From Candidatus Kapaibacterium thiocyanatum (lineage in GTDB: Bacteria; Bacteroidota; Ignavibacteria; Kapaibacteriales; Kapaibacteriaceae): a stretch of 64,000 bases of DNA. Under the pieces are notes generated by a model that was not told where the DNA came from, searched no databases, and worked only from the letters and a program-made list of their open reading frames with translations. The stretch's first letter is position 1, and the number at the start of each line of letters is the position of its first letter. The stretch spans positions 309,735 through 373,734 of the forward strand of contig MKVH01000003.1 of the NCBI GenBank assembly GCA_001899175.1, given 5' to 3'. The position numbers and the translations under genes were made by a program. Shown here in pieces: positions 44,743-54,676 of this stretch.

Positions 44743-45351
44743 ATGACGGTGAAATTTCTTCCATCCCTTGCCATTGCGCTGTTCTGCATGGCAATGTTCC
44801 TTACTGTGACTATGAACGCACAAACGACGGACAAGACGACCGAGAAGACTGCCGGACCCCAGTACGTCATTACGGTGAAGCAGTCGGGCCGCGAACTGGG
44901 CAAGATGGTTCTGCAACTGTGGCCGGATGTGGCTCCCAAGCACTGTGCCTTCTTCGAAGCGCGCGTCGCCGAAGGATGGTACGATGGGTCGGCCTTCCAT
45001 CGTGTGATTCCGAACTTCATGATCCAGGGCGGCGATCCCAATTCCAAGAATGCGGCGCGCGACGCATGGGGAACGGGTGGCTGGCCGGAAAAGGTCGCCG
45101 CGGAATTCTCCTCGAAGAAGCATTCGCGTGGCGTGGTATCCGCAGCACGTACGAACGATCCGAACAGCTTCGGTGGACAGTTCTTCATCTGCGTCGGTGA
45201 TGCATCCTGGCTCGACGGCCAGTACACGGCCTTCGGTGAGATCCTCAGCGGCATGGAAGTCGCGGACGCCATCGTTGCCGCACCGCGCGATGCGCGGGAC
45301 AATCCGTTGGAAAAGGTCGAAATGACGATTCAAAAGAAGAGTGAAAAATGA
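44743..45351 (+). CDS. Secreted cyclophilin-type peptidyl-prolyl cis-trans isomerase
   Basis: Signal peptide (LAIALFCMAMFLTVTMNAQ). LWPDVAPKHCAFFEARVAEGWYDGSAFHRVIPNFMIQGGDP...GQFFICV. ATG 44710, which overlaps the upstream TGA, is an alternative in-frame start. Confidence 0.9.
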   Translation: MTVKFLPSLAIALFCMAMFLTVTMNAQTTDKTTEKTAGPQYVITVKQSGRELGKMVLQLWPDVAPKHCAFFEARVAEGWYDGSAFHRVIPNFMIQGGDPNSKNAARDAWGTGGWPEKVAAEFSSKKHSRGVVSAARTNDPNSFGGQFFICVGDASWLDGQYTAFGEILSGMEVADAIVAAPRDARDNPLEKVEMTIQKKSEK

Positions 45352-46907
45352 TCGAACCCACGTGGTTCCGTTATCTTAAACGGGCAATCATCGCAGGGAT
45401 AGTCGTTACGGGGTTGCCGGCCGCCATGCACGCAGGGGTGGCCGATACGTCGTCCCTGCCGCAGAATCTCGGTCCCTCCGTCAACAGTGTCTATGACGAC
45501 ATCCTGCCCGTCATCGCACCGGATGGCAAGACCCTGTATTTCTGTCGTAGTCTATCGCCGGAAAACATCGGTGGCGGCCGCCAGGATATCTGGTATGCCG
45601 AGCTGCTGCCCGACGGTACATGGGGCAGGGCGAAGAATATCGGTACGCCGCTGAACAATCGCGACAACAACTATCTCTGTTCGATCACGCCCGATGGCAA
45701 TACCATCATCGTCGGGGATGGCTACAGCGACGCCAAGAACCGTCAGCGCAGCATCGCGATCTCGAAGCGTACGGCCGACGGCTGGAGCGTACCGCGCGCC
45801 GTCAACATCCGGAACTTCTACAACAACAACCGCTTCGGTGAATACTCGCTCTCGAACGACGGCAAGACGATGATCCTGGCCGTGGAACGGAGCGATTCCA
45901 GGGGGGGGAAGGATCTCTACGTCTCGTTCCGGGAAGACGACACGACATGGACCGAACCGCAGAACCTGGGCCCCGTCGTGAACTCGGTAGGACACGAGGC
46001 CACACCCTTCATCGCATCGGATAACACATCCCTCTACTTCGCTTCAGACGGCCACGGTGGATACGGTGCATTCGACGTCTTCGTGACACGACGCCTCGAT
46101 TCCACATGGACGAACTGGAGCGAGCCGGAGAACCTCGGAGCGACGATCAACACGAGCGGATGGGACCTGTACTATACGATTCCCGCGAACGGCGAGTTCG
46201 CCTACTACGTATCGTACAACAGTTCGTTCGGCGCGGGAGACATCTTCCGCGTCCGCCTTCCCGAGAAGGTCCGTCCCCGTCCCGTCGTTCTCGTCTATGG
46301 CCGGGTGCTGAACAAGAAGACCAACGAGCCGATCGAAACGGACATCTTCTATGAAATCCTCCCGCAGGGTACGGAGGCGGGGCTCGCCCGCTCCACGCCC
46401 ACGACGGGTGAGTACAAGATCGTCCTGCCTGCCGGCAAATCGTACGGCTTCCGCGCCTCGGCGCCGAATTTCCTGTCGGTGAACGACAACCTCGACCTCA
46501 CGCAACTGAAGGAATACACGGAGATCCGTCGCGACCTGTATCTCGTACCGATCGAAGCCGGTACGTCGGTACAGCTCAATAACATCTTCTTCGACTACGC
46601 CAAGGCATCGCTGCGGTCGGAGTCCTATCCGGAACTCAACCGCGTGGCCAAGCTGCTCGTGGAGAATCCGGGCATGGTCATCGAAGTCGGTGGTCATACG
46701 GACGATCGTGGTGGCGACGACTACAACCAGAAGCTGTCGCTCGCCCGCGCGCAGTCCGTTGCGGACTACGTCGTGAAGCGTGGCAACATCGATCCGTCCC
46801 GCACGGTCGCCGTCGGCTACGGCGAGGCGAAGCCGGTCGCAACGAATACGACGGACGATGGACGACAGAAGAACCGTCGTGTGGAAGTGGTCATCCTCAA
46901 GCAATAG
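45348..46907 (+). CDS. OmpA-family protein with N-terminal PD40/TolB-like propeller repeats
   Basis: Repeats of the type VNS...D..P.I..DG.TLYF. C-terminal OmpA domain NNIFFDYAKASLRSESYPELNRVAKLL...IEVGGHTDDRGGDDYNQKLSLARAQSVADYV...GYGEAKPVA......NRRVEVVI. ATGA overlap with the upstream gene. Confidence 0.9.
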   Translation: MIEPTWFRYLKRAIIAGIVVTGLPAAMHAGVADTSSLPQNLGPSVNSVYDDILPVIAPDGKTLYFCRSLSPENIGGGRQDIWYAELLPDGTWGRAKNIGTPLNNRDNNYLCSITPDGNTIIVGDGYSDAKNRQRSIAISKRTADGWSVPRAVNIRNFYNNNRFGEYSLSNDGKTMILAVERSDSRGGKDLYVSFREDDTTWTEPQNLGPVVNSVGHEATPFIASDNTSLYFASDGHGGYGAFDVFVTRRLDSTWTNWSEPENLGATINTSGWDLYYTIPANGEFAYYVSYNSSFGAGDIFRVRLPEKVRPRPVVLVYGRVLNKKTNEPIETDIFYEILPQGTEAGLARSTPTTGEYKIVLPAGKSYGFRASAPNFLSVNDNLDLTQLKEYTEIRRDLYLVPIEAGTSVQLNNIFFDYAKASLRSESYPELNRVAKLLVENPGMVIEVGGHTDDRGGDDYNQKLSLARAQSVADYVVKRGNIDPSRTVAVGYGEAKPVATNTTDDGRQKNRRVEVVILKQ

Positions 46908-46912
46908 TAACG

Positions 46913-48124
46913 ATGCATATGATGAACGATCAAGGCGGCATGCTCATCGAACGTGAGCATGCCGTCGTATTTCAGACCTACAAGCGGCTTCCCGTCGCCA
47001 TCGCCCACGCGGAAGGGTGTCGTGTCACCGACGTCGACGGAACATCCTATCTCGACATGCTCGGCGGCATCGCGGTGAACGCTCTCGGCCATTCCCACCC
47101 CAAGGTCGTGGAAGCGGTCGTGGACCAGGCTCGCCGCTACATGCATGTGTCGAACTTCTTCTACCAGGAACCGCAGATACGCCTTGCCGAAGCGCTGGTG
47201 GAGGTGTCGGGCTATCCCCGCATCTTCTTCAGCAACTCCGGTGCGGAAGCGACCGACGGAGCCATCAAGATGGCCCGGCGTTTCGGCAGCAGACAGGGCA
47301 GATACGACGTGATCGGCTTCACCGGTGGATTCCACGGCAGGACCTACGGCGCGCTGTCGGTCATGGACAAGCCGCTGTACAAGGACGGGATGGGCCCCTT
47401 CCTGCCCAACACCATGGTGTTGCCGTACAACGACGTCGATGCCCTCGAGTCCCGGGTCGATGAACATACCGCAGCCGTCATCCTCGAATTCGTCCAGGGT
47501 GAAGGTGGCGTCACGGAAGCGACCTCCGAATTCGTCGAAGCGATATGGCGCCTGAAGGAACGCTACGGCTTCATGGTCATCGCCGACGAGGTGCAGGCGG
47601 GGATCGGCAGGACGGGGACGTTCTTCTCGTTCGAGCGCTACGGGGTGCGGCCGGACATCGTGACGGTGGCCAAGGCCATGGGGGGCGGTCTGCCGCTCGG
47701 CGGCATTCTCGCGACGGAAGAGGCCGCGGCCCTGTTCGAACGGGGCATGCACGGCACGACGTACGGGGGCAACGCTCTCGCCTGTGCCGCCGGCGCCGTC
47801 GTCGTCGAAGAAGTCGTCGATGGATTGATGGCCCATGTCGTCGAGATCGGCGACTATCTCCGTGCGCGATTGCTCGATCTCCAGGCGCGGATGCCGGATC
47901 GTATCCGCGAACTGCGTGGCAGGGGATGCATGCAGGGCGTCGTCCTTACATCGGATGCCGCACCCGTCGTCACCGCCCTGCTCGAACGCAGGATCATCGC
48001 CAACGCCACGTCGGGCAACGTCGTGCGTCTCGTTCCGCCGTACGTCATCAGCCGTGCCGAGGTCGACGAATTCGTCGCGACGTTCGGTGACGCCCTGCGT
48101 GCGACTACGGCCCCGGCTGCATAG
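46913..48124 (+). CDS. argD: Class-III PLP aminotransferase, acetylornithine aminotransferase-like
   Basis: DVDGTSYLDMLGGIAVNALGHSHPKVV, FFSNSGAEATDGAIKMAR, IADEVQAGIGRTG, PDIVTVAKAMGGGLPLGG (PLP-lysine region). Substrate specificity is inferred, not shown. Confidence 0.8.
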   Translation: MHMMNDQGGMLIEREHAVVFQTYKRLPVAIAHAEGCRVTDVDGTSYLDMLGGIAVNALGHSHPKVVEAVVDQARRYMHVSNFFYQEPQIRLAEALVEVSGYPRIFFSNSGAEATDGAIKMARRFGSRQGRYDVIGFTGGFHGRTYGALSVMDKPLYKDGMGPFLPNTMVLPYNDVDALESRVDEHTAAVILEFVQGEGGVTEATSEFVEAIWRLKERYGFMVIADEVQAGIGRTGTFFSFERYGVRPDIVTVAKAMGGGLPLGGILATEEAAALFERGMHGTTYGGNALACAAGAVVVEEVVDGLMAHVVEIGDYLRARLLDLQARMPDRIRELRGRGCMQGVVLTSDAAPVVTALLERRIIANATSGNVVRLVPPYVISRAEVDEFVATFGDALRATTAPAA

Positions 48125-48136
48125 ATTGTCCGCATC

Positions 48137-48415
48137 ATGGAATGTCGTCCCGACTGCGGAGCATGCTGCATCGCTCCCTCCATTTCCACGCCGATACCGG
48201 GCATGCCCGACGGCAAGCCTGCAGGTACGCGCTGCGTGCAGTTGACGGATGACGAACGATGCCTGCTGTTCGGATCGCCCGAACGACCTGCTGTCTGCAT
48301 CACGCTGCGGCCTTCCGCGGACATGTGCGGCACGTCGAAGCAAGAAGCCATGACCTATCTGATACGGCTGGAAGAAATGACCCGGCCTGTCGGTCCCACT
48401 GATCCGAAACGATGA
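48137..48415 (+). CDS. YkgJ-family cysteine-cluster protein
   Basis: [36 protein letters not shown]...ERPAVC is a conserved small Cys-rich family seen widely in bacteria. Confidence 0.8.
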   Translation: MECRPDCGACCIAPSISTPIPGMPDGKPAGTRCVQLTDDERCLLFGSPERPAVCITLRPSADMCGTSKQEAMTYLIRLEEMTRPVGPTDPKR

Positions 48416-49614
48416 GTCAAGACGTGAACAACGATACCTTCCCCCTGCTGATCACCTGTCCTCGTGAACTCCCGCCCTATCTCGCACGGGAAGTGGAGGC
48501 CCTCGGACTGCCCATCGTGGCCATGCATCCGGCCGGCGTGGAAACACGCGGGACCTTCGCGGATGCGATGCGACTGAACCTGCACGTCCGTACCGGACAT
48601 CGCGTCCTGCTTCGCCTGCATCAATGGACGGCGCACGGATCGCAGCATCTCTACGACGGCGTCCATTCGGTGCGATGGGAGGACTGGCTCGATCCCGACG
48701 GATACGTGAGCGTCGTATCGAGCGTCGACACGCCGAGCATCGATAACACGCAGTTCGCGAATCTCCGCTGCAAGGACGCTATCGTCGACAGGATGCGCAG
48801 CAAGACGGGCCGCCGCCCCGACTCCGGTCCGCGCACCGATCGTGCCGTCGTCTTCCTCTACTGGCACGACTCCACGGCCATGATCTATCTCGATACGTCG
48901 GGCACGGCATTGTCGGATCGCGGCTACAGGTTGTATCCCGCCAAGGCGCCGTTGCGCGAGACCCTTGCCGCGGCCATCGTCATGGCCACGGTGTGGGAAC
49001 CCGGACAGGCCTTCGTGAATCCGATGTGCGGCAGCGGTACGCTCGCCATCGAGGCCGCCATGATCGCCGGACGTCGTGCTCCGGGGCTGACGCGGACGAA
49101 CTTCGGATTCATGCACGTTCTGCCCTACGACGACAAGGCATGGAAGGCTATCGTGGCCGAGGCCAGGGCCCGGATCCGTACGGACGATGCAACGACGATA
49201 CATGCCGGCGACGTCGACCGTCGTGCCATCGACGCTGCACGGGCCAACGCACGTGCGGCCGGTGTGGAAGCATCCATACGCTTCACCGTCGAGGACTTCC
49301 GCAGCACCGCCATCCCGCCCGCTCCAGGCATCGTCATCCTCAATCCCGAATACGGAATCCGTCTCGGCGACGTGGACGAGCTGCGTGAGACCTATCACGA
49401 TATCGGCGACTTCTTCAAGCAACGTTGCCAGGACTTCACGGGCTACGTCTTCACCGGCAACTTCGAGCTGGCCAAGGAGATCGGGCTCCGGAGCAAGCGC
49501 CGCATACCGTTCTGGACGGCCGACATCGAGTGCAGGCTGCTCGAATTCCCCCTCTATGCGGGAACGAAGAAGGTACGGGCGCAGGACGACGAAGCCGGTC
49601 CGGAGGAGCGGTAG
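48412..49614 (+). CDS. THUMP-domain class I SAM-dependent RNA methyltransferase (RlmL/YpsC-like)
   Basis: THUMP-like N-terminal part. [13 protein letters not shown].....[17 protein letters not shown] (SAM motif I) and [11 protein letters not shown] (NPPY-type motif IV). ATGA overlap with the upstream gene. Confidence 0.85.
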   Translation: MSQDVNNDTFPLLITCPRELPPYLAREVEALGLPIVAMHPAGVETRGTFADAMRLNLHVRTGHRVLLRLHQWTAHGSQHLYDGVHSVRWEDWLDPDGYVSVVSSVDTPSIDNTQFANLRCKDAIVDRMRSKTGRRPDSGPRTDRAVVFLYWHDSTAMIYLDTSGTALSDRGYRLYPAKAPLRETLAAAIVMATVWEPGQAFVNPMCGSGTLAIEAAMIAGRRAPGLTRTNFGFMHVLPYDDKAWKAIVAEARARIRTDDATTIHAGDVDRRAIDAARANARAAGVEASIRFTVEDFRSTAIPPAPGIVILNPEYGIRLGDVDELRETYHDIGDFFKQRCQDFTGYVFTGNFELAKEIGLRSKRRIPFWTADIECRLLEFPLYAGTKKVRAQDDEAGPEER

Positions 49615-49764
49615 CCGCCGCACGCCGGTACGCATCCCGTTCATCGACCGGAAAGAGTGACGTGCTACCGCGCGAAGGGCCTCCATCGGCCGTGTGTTTT
49701 GTTTCCAGCTCCATTGGGTTAAGTTGCTCCCTGCACAACCCGGCTGCCACTGGATACCGACCGT

Positions 49765-52700
49765 ATGCTGCGCCGTCTGCCTTTCATAGTCGCCATACTC
49801 GTCATCTGCACGACGCATGTCGTAGCGCAGAGAGAGTGGGCTACGTGGCACTTCGGCATCCGTTCGGGCATCACCTTCGTGAAGAACGGCAAGGACCTCG
49901 CAGTACCGGAGCCGATCCGCAATACGCCCGTACGACAGATCGAAGGCACGTCCGTATGGAGCGACCCGTGTACCGGTGATGTCCTGCTGTCGAGTGACGG
50001 CATGACGGTCTTCGACCGTATGGGCAGGGGATTGCCGAACGGTACGGCACTGAATGGCGGAATGTCGGCGACGCAGGCGGCGCTGTTCGTACCGCATCCC
50101 GGTAACGCCGATCTCGTCTATCTGTTCACGTCGCCGGATCTCGCCGGCGGAACGCAGCCCGTCAATCCCGGCAATGCCTACAATCTCATCGACATGTCGG
50201 CCAACGGCGGCTTCGGCGACGTCGTCGCGAAGAACCAGGCTATCGGCGGTACGGGATCCGAACGTCTCTGTGCCACCCACGACAACACGGGCCTCGGATA
50301 CTGGGTCGTGATGATGGAGGCCGACACGACGACCTTCTTCGCCTATCATGTCACGCAGAGCGGCGGCCTGGACAGGACGCCCGTGATCTCCCGTTTCAAC
50401 GTCCCGTCCGACCGTGTGGGATACATGAAGATCTCTCCCGATGGACGTCATCTCGCCATCGCATCGCCGATGCACAAGATCGAACTGTTCGATTTCGACG
50501 CCGCGACGGGCGTCCTCACGAACAGGCGTATCCCGATCGGACCGGAGAATCCCGATATCTACAATTCCGCCGAGAACGTGTGGTACGGACTCGCCTACAG
50601 TGGGGATGGGAAGAAGCTCTACTGCTCGGCGCGGAGCATCGGTACGTCGAAGATCATCCAGTTCGACCTGTCGTTGTCCCTGACGTCGGACATCATCAGA
50701 AGCGGAACGATCATCACCACGATGTCCAACGACGGCGTCTACTACTGGGCCATGCCGATGCAGATCGGGCCTACGGGCAAGATCTACGTCGGTGCGAAGG
50801 ATCGTCTGCACGTGATCGACGAGCCGACGCGCAGGGGAACGGCATGCAACTTCCATCCGAACGCCGTGATGTTCCCCGATGACATACAGTGTGCCGACGG
50901 TCTGCCCAACATCATCGAAAGCGGCTATCGCGGACTTCGCACCTACACCTGTCCGGGGCCCGTCGGCTTCTTCAGGGTGCGTAACGTCTGCCTCGGCGAA
51001 GGAGTCGTGGTCCGCGATTCCAGTTCGCGTTTCCCGACGTCGTGGTTGTGGATGTTTCCGCGGGGCAATCCGTCGTTCCATGACGGACCAACACCGCCGC
51101 CCATCATGTACGACAGCCCGGGAACGTATCAGATCATCCTCCGTACGCAGAACGAGCACGGCGAACACATCTACGTCGATTCCGTCGTCGTCTTCCCAAA
51201 GCCCGTCGTCTTCGCCGGGCCCGATATCTCGGCATGTCGTGGGAGCATCGTCCAGTTGCAGGCACGCGGCGCCGACCGCTATGCGTGGATTCCACGCGGT
51301 GCCGTCAGCGATCCGAATTCGGCGAGCCCCACGATACGGGTGGATCGCGACAGCATCGTCCTGATCGTGACGGGCCTCTCCGTCCAGGGATGCGCCACGC
51401 GCGACACGATCGTCGTGCGTTCGGCCATTACCATCGCCGTCGTTCCGGGAGATACGGCGATATGCCGCGGCTCGTCGATACGCCTCATCGCCAGCGGTGG
51501 TGAGACGTACGAGTGGAGGGTCGACGGCCGGGGAACGCTCAGTACGGACCATGACGTCATCGACAGTCCGGATACGACGACGACGTACAGGGTCATCGTG
51601 GCGCGCGGTGATTGCATCGATACGTCCGAGGTGACGGTCACCGTCAGCGATATCCTCTCTGCACGCGTGACATCCGACACGGCCATCTGCAGGGGAACGT
51701 CGATACGGTTGAAGGCGGAGGGAGGAGCGGGATATCGATGGTCACCGATCGACGGTCTTGACGATCCGTCTTCGGCGACGCCTCTCTGCACACCGCAGAA
51801 TACCACGACCTATACCGTGACGGTGATGTCGGCACAGAAATGCGAACGAACCCTCGTGATGACCGTCAGGGTGAAGGAGCCGCCACGCGTACGGTGCAGA
51901 CCCGATACGGCGATCTGCAGGGGCGGTGCGGTGATGCTCTATGCGGACGGCGAAGGATCGGCGACCTGGTCGTCCGACGGAGGAATCGTGAACGCAGGTG
52001 CGGATACGTTCGAAGTACGGCCCGCGCGTACGACGACCTATCGCTGTCGTATGACCATGGATGGATGCGTCGGCGTCGACAGTTGCGTCGTCATGGTCCT
52101 GCCGCGTCCGGTCCTGTCCATCGCCGGTGTTGCCACCGCATGTGCGAATGACAAGGTCGATCTTCATGCGTCTGGTGCGGTGGACATCACGTGGTACGAT
52201 GGCCGGTGGGGGAAGATAGGTTCGGGGAGTTCCTATACCGGGCGTGCGTCCGACATGGCGGTCGTGCGTGCGATCGGACGGTCTCCGGACGGATGCACCG
52301 ACACTGCCGAATGGAGGCTCGTCATTACGGAGCCGCAGACGATCGTCTTCGTCTTGCCCGACGTCATGGTGCAGCCTGGGAAGAACATCCGGCTGCCGCT
52401 GGTCCGCAGGACGGGTCTGGCATCACAACCGGTGGACATCGACATCCATGTGCCGAATCGTGCCTTCCATGTAACGGGCTGGAGTCCTGCGACGCTGGTG
52501 CGACGCACGACGATCGGCGCGATGGATGTGTTGAGGTTGACCGTCGCTCCAGGATCCGACACTGTAGCGATCCTCGAAGGAGTGGCGATGCTTTCGATGC
52601 AACCTGAATTCACGATCACGGGAGCCGGTGTCGATACGGTCGACTGCCGGTCGGTCACCGTGCTGCGGGGAACCGTAGGGCTGGAGAACTGTGGTCTCAC

Positions 52701-52962
52701 CAGGCGTATGGTGCGTTTCATCGAATCGCTGTCCGTCCGCATCGTCGGTACGGGTAGTCTGCGCCAGGCGACGAGCACGACGGTTCTGGATGTTCCTGTG
52801 CGGATGTCGGCATACTCGCCATCGGGCGGGTTGCTGAGCGAGGCAACATGGTTCGGTGCAGGGCCGCACGCCATCGCTCTTCCCGATGGATACGGTCCGA
52901 TGATCTTCCTCGAGTGCCGTACGCCCTGGTCGTCGGAGATGATGCCATTGTTGTTGCGGTGA
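49765..52962 (+). CDS. Secreted T9SS cargo, paralog of 18922..22404 (propeller-like N-domain, PKD-like domain, Ig-like repeats, CTD-like tail)
   Basis: Signal peptide (VAILVICTTHVVAQ). W.FG.R.G.TF, EGTSVWSDPCTGDVLLSSDG..VF, SATQAALFVPHPGN..LVYLFT aligns position by position with the N-domain of the 18922..22404 product. It has the same C.G....L.A.G...Y.W.P....DP.S..P...P..TTTY repeats. Confidence 0.85.
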   Translation: MLRRLPFIVAILVICTTHVVAQREWATWHFGIRSGITFVKNGKDLAVPEPIRNTPVRQIEGTSVWSDPCTGDVLLSSDGMTVFDRMGRGLPNGTALNGGMSATQAALFVPHPGNADLVYLFTSPDLAGGTQPVNPGNAYNLIDMSANGGFGDVVAKNQAIGGTGSERLCATHDNTGLGYWVVMMEADTTTFFAYHVTQSGGLDRTPVISRFNVPSDRVGYMKISPDGRHLAIASPMHKIELFDFDAATGVLTNRRIPIGPENPDIYNSAENVWYGLAYSGDGKKLYCSARSIGTSKIIQFDLSLSLTSDIIRSGTIITTMSNDGVYYWAMPMQIGPTGKIYVGAKDRLHVIDEPTRRGTACNFHPNAVMFPDDIQCADGLPNIIESGYRGLRTYTCPGPVGFFRVRNVCLGEGVVVRDSSSRFPTSWLWMFPRGNPSFHDGPTPPPIMYDSPGTYQIILRTQNEHGEHIYVDSVVVFPKPVVFAGPDISACRGSIVQLQARGADRYAWIPRGAVSDPNSASPTIRVDRDSIVLIVTGLSVQGCATRDTIVVRSAITIAVVPGDTAICRGSSIRLIASGGETYEWRVDGRGTLSTDHDVIDSPDTTTTYRVIVARGDCIDTSEVTVTVSDILSARVTSDTAICRGTSIRLKAEGGAGYRWSPIDGLDDPSSATPLCTPQNTTTYTVTVMSAQKCERTLVMTVRVKEPPRVRCRPDTAICRGGAVMLYADGEGSATWSSDGGIVNAGADTFEVRPARTTTYRCRMTMDGCVGVDSCVVMVLPRPVLSIAGVATACANDKVDLHASGAVDITWYDGRWGKIGSGSSYTGRASDMAVVRAIGRSPDGCTDTAEWRLVITEPQTIVFVLPDVMVQPGKNIRLPLVRRTGLASQPVDIDIHVPNRAFHVTGWSPATLVRRTTIGAMDVLRLTVAPGSDTVAILEGVAMLSMQPEFTITGAGVDTVDCRSVTVLRGTVGLENCGLTRRMVRFIESLSVRIVGTGSLRQATSTTVLDVPVRMSAYSPSGGLLSEATWFGAGPHAIALPDGYGPMIFLECRTPWSSEMMPLLLR

Positions 52963-52976
52963 TTATCGATACGTTG

Positions 52977-53784
52977 ATGAATGGAAGTCTTCGGTCGACA
53001 CGTCGTAGCGTGGACGGGGGGCGGATATTCAATGGAACGGAGAATGCACTGGCCGATCAGGTTCGTAGTTCTCTCGAGATCCGGACAGACGAATTCCGGG
53101 GCATTGACCGGAGCTTCCGTGATATACGTCGGAGAATCGAGTCGCTCGGAATCCTGGTCGTCAGACATACTGCGTGAATCGAGACGCCTTCCGGGGTCTC
53201 TCGGTTCCAGGAGGACAATATCCTGCGATAGCGGTCAACAACAAGGAGTATTCGACCGAGTTCAAGCTGTATACGTTGTTGCATGAACTCGTACATGTTC
53301 TCCAGCATGACGCAACAACCATCAGTGCATCGACCTCCATGGATACAGCGAATGAAGCTGCCGTCGAACGTATCGCCGGCGATGTTCTTCTTCCCGCCAC
53401 CGATCTGAACAAGCTACTGCGAGTTACCACTCCAGGAAAGCTGATGGATGATACCGATCACTTGCGATCGATATCCGGGACCTGGGATTTACCCCAAAGG
53501 GATTGATGACGAGGTTATTGGCGCTGAAGACAATATCGGATCGAGAGTATGATGCATGACTACGTGGATGGAGCGCCCGCAATGCGGGTTTGCCCCAACG
53601 CAAGGTTCCAGGGCAACCGGACCCTGTCTATCTGGCACTGAACAAGAATTCGGGAATGGTCATCCGTCGTGTGGTGCGGGCATATCATCGTAAAGCCTTG
53701 AGTCTGACCGATGCGCTCACGGCTATCGGTGTCAGAGCCAACAACTTTGGCGAATTGATCGAGAACGTCTATCAGGAGTCGTGA
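52977..53784 (+). pseudogene. ImmA/IrrE-family (DUF955) metallopeptidase gene, decayed (two frameshifts plus an in-frame TGA)
   Basis: Fragment 1, 52977..53177, ends ...RRIESLGILVV. Fragment 2 is in another frame, 53174..53506, and carries PAIAVNN......LYTLLHELVHVL (HEXXH at 53282-53296) and AAVERIAGDVLLP. Fragment 3 is in a third frame from about 53479 to 53784 and has TGA at 53557-53559. Lower GC than the neighbours. Confidence 0.65.
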
Positions 53785-54270
53785 ATGGCCGACCGTCATT
53801 ACGTTCTGGATACCAATGTGCTTATCGACTGGTAGAGCGAGAACTATCCTCCCGGTGTCTTCCCTTCGGTATAGGCCAGACTGGAGGAAATGGTCGTACA
53901 TAATCGTATCCATGTCATTCACCATGTCTGGGAAGAGGTCCGCAGAATCGGCGATGCGGAACTGTGTTCCTAGTGTGAGAGCAGTAAGAACTCGATGTAT
54001 CGAGACTCCAGAGGTATGAACCTGTTGCGGATGGCTGACCGTATTCGCAAGGATTGTTCGAGTCTGGTCGACCACGATCCACGAGCAGCCGATCCTTTCC
54101 TCATAGCATATGCGATGGATACGGGTAGCGTGCTCGTCACTCACGAAACGGAAGCAGCCGGCAAATCGAACCGCCGACGCGCGCACTATATACCCGGCGT
54201 CTGTAATGAGAAGAACGGAACGTGGATGCGCTTCATCACCGTGATGAAGCACGAGTGCTGGATCATATGA
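53785..54270 (+). pseudogene. DUF4411 (PIN-like) family gene with three in-frame TAG codons
   Basis: One continuous frame: MADRHYVLDTNVLIDW*SENYPPGVFPSV*ARLEEM...DAELCS*CESS...ADPFLIAYAMDTGSVLVTHE......IPGVC. It matches the DUF4411 pattern as I recall it (LLD.NV.I.....YYP.D.FP.FW.WL, ADP.LIA.A......VVT.E.....KIP.VC). TAGs at 53833-53835, 53872-53874 and 53971-53973. The ATG directly follows the ImmA-like TGA. Confidence 0.7.
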
Positions 54271-54676
54271 TGCGGGCGATCATTCAGGTCGACCTGATGC
54301 CTGTATATTCCCTTGCACGACGAAGACCTGCTTCTCCTCACCGAGGCGGGTATTCGAACCCTGTCCAGGCCCCATCCTTCCCCGTCTCCCCATAAATCCC
54401 TATCTTCCGCCATGTCCTTGCGGCACCTCCATATCGAACCGCGACTGCTGGGCGAGGCCAACCGCCGCCTGCACGGCCGCGTCATACGGTGCGAAGTGCG
54501 CCTCTTCGGCGCCATGCATACGCAGCGAACGTGACCTCCCTCCTCCCGGCCGAACGCCAATAACCCTAACTTTGCAGAATCGAATGCCGATGGCGGCGTC
54601 CCTTCCGGGACATCGCCGTCGCTTCCGCGCCGTTCCATGGCGTGTACCGACGTGACATTCAACACAAGAGACCATC

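Noticed and set aside
53833-53973. Idea that the three in-frame TAGs reflect a reassigned amber codon (genome-wide recoding or Pyl)
   Set aside because: TAG serves as an ordinary stop for conserved full-length genes in the same window: paaC at 16258-16260, the OmpA-family gene at 46905-46907 and argD at 48122-48124. Local pseudogenisation is therefore the simpler reading. It remains an untested alternative in the finding.
53560-54252. 230-aa minus-strand ORF spanning the ImmA/DUF4411 region
   Set aside because: It has no recognisable motifs. It exists only because the sense-strand pseudogenes leave the antisense frame open. The sense strand shows clear family signatures (HEXXH, ADPFLIAYA...VVTHE...IPGVC).
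54336-54375. tRNA-like fragment (minus strand ...cagGGTTCGAATACCCgcctc...) next to the decayed island, possibly an att remnant
   Set aside because: Only a GGTTCGAAT-like T-loop is present. The flanking bases do not form a 5-bp T-stem or an acceptor stem, and I found no matching direct repeat at the other island border (about 52963). This is too weak to call.
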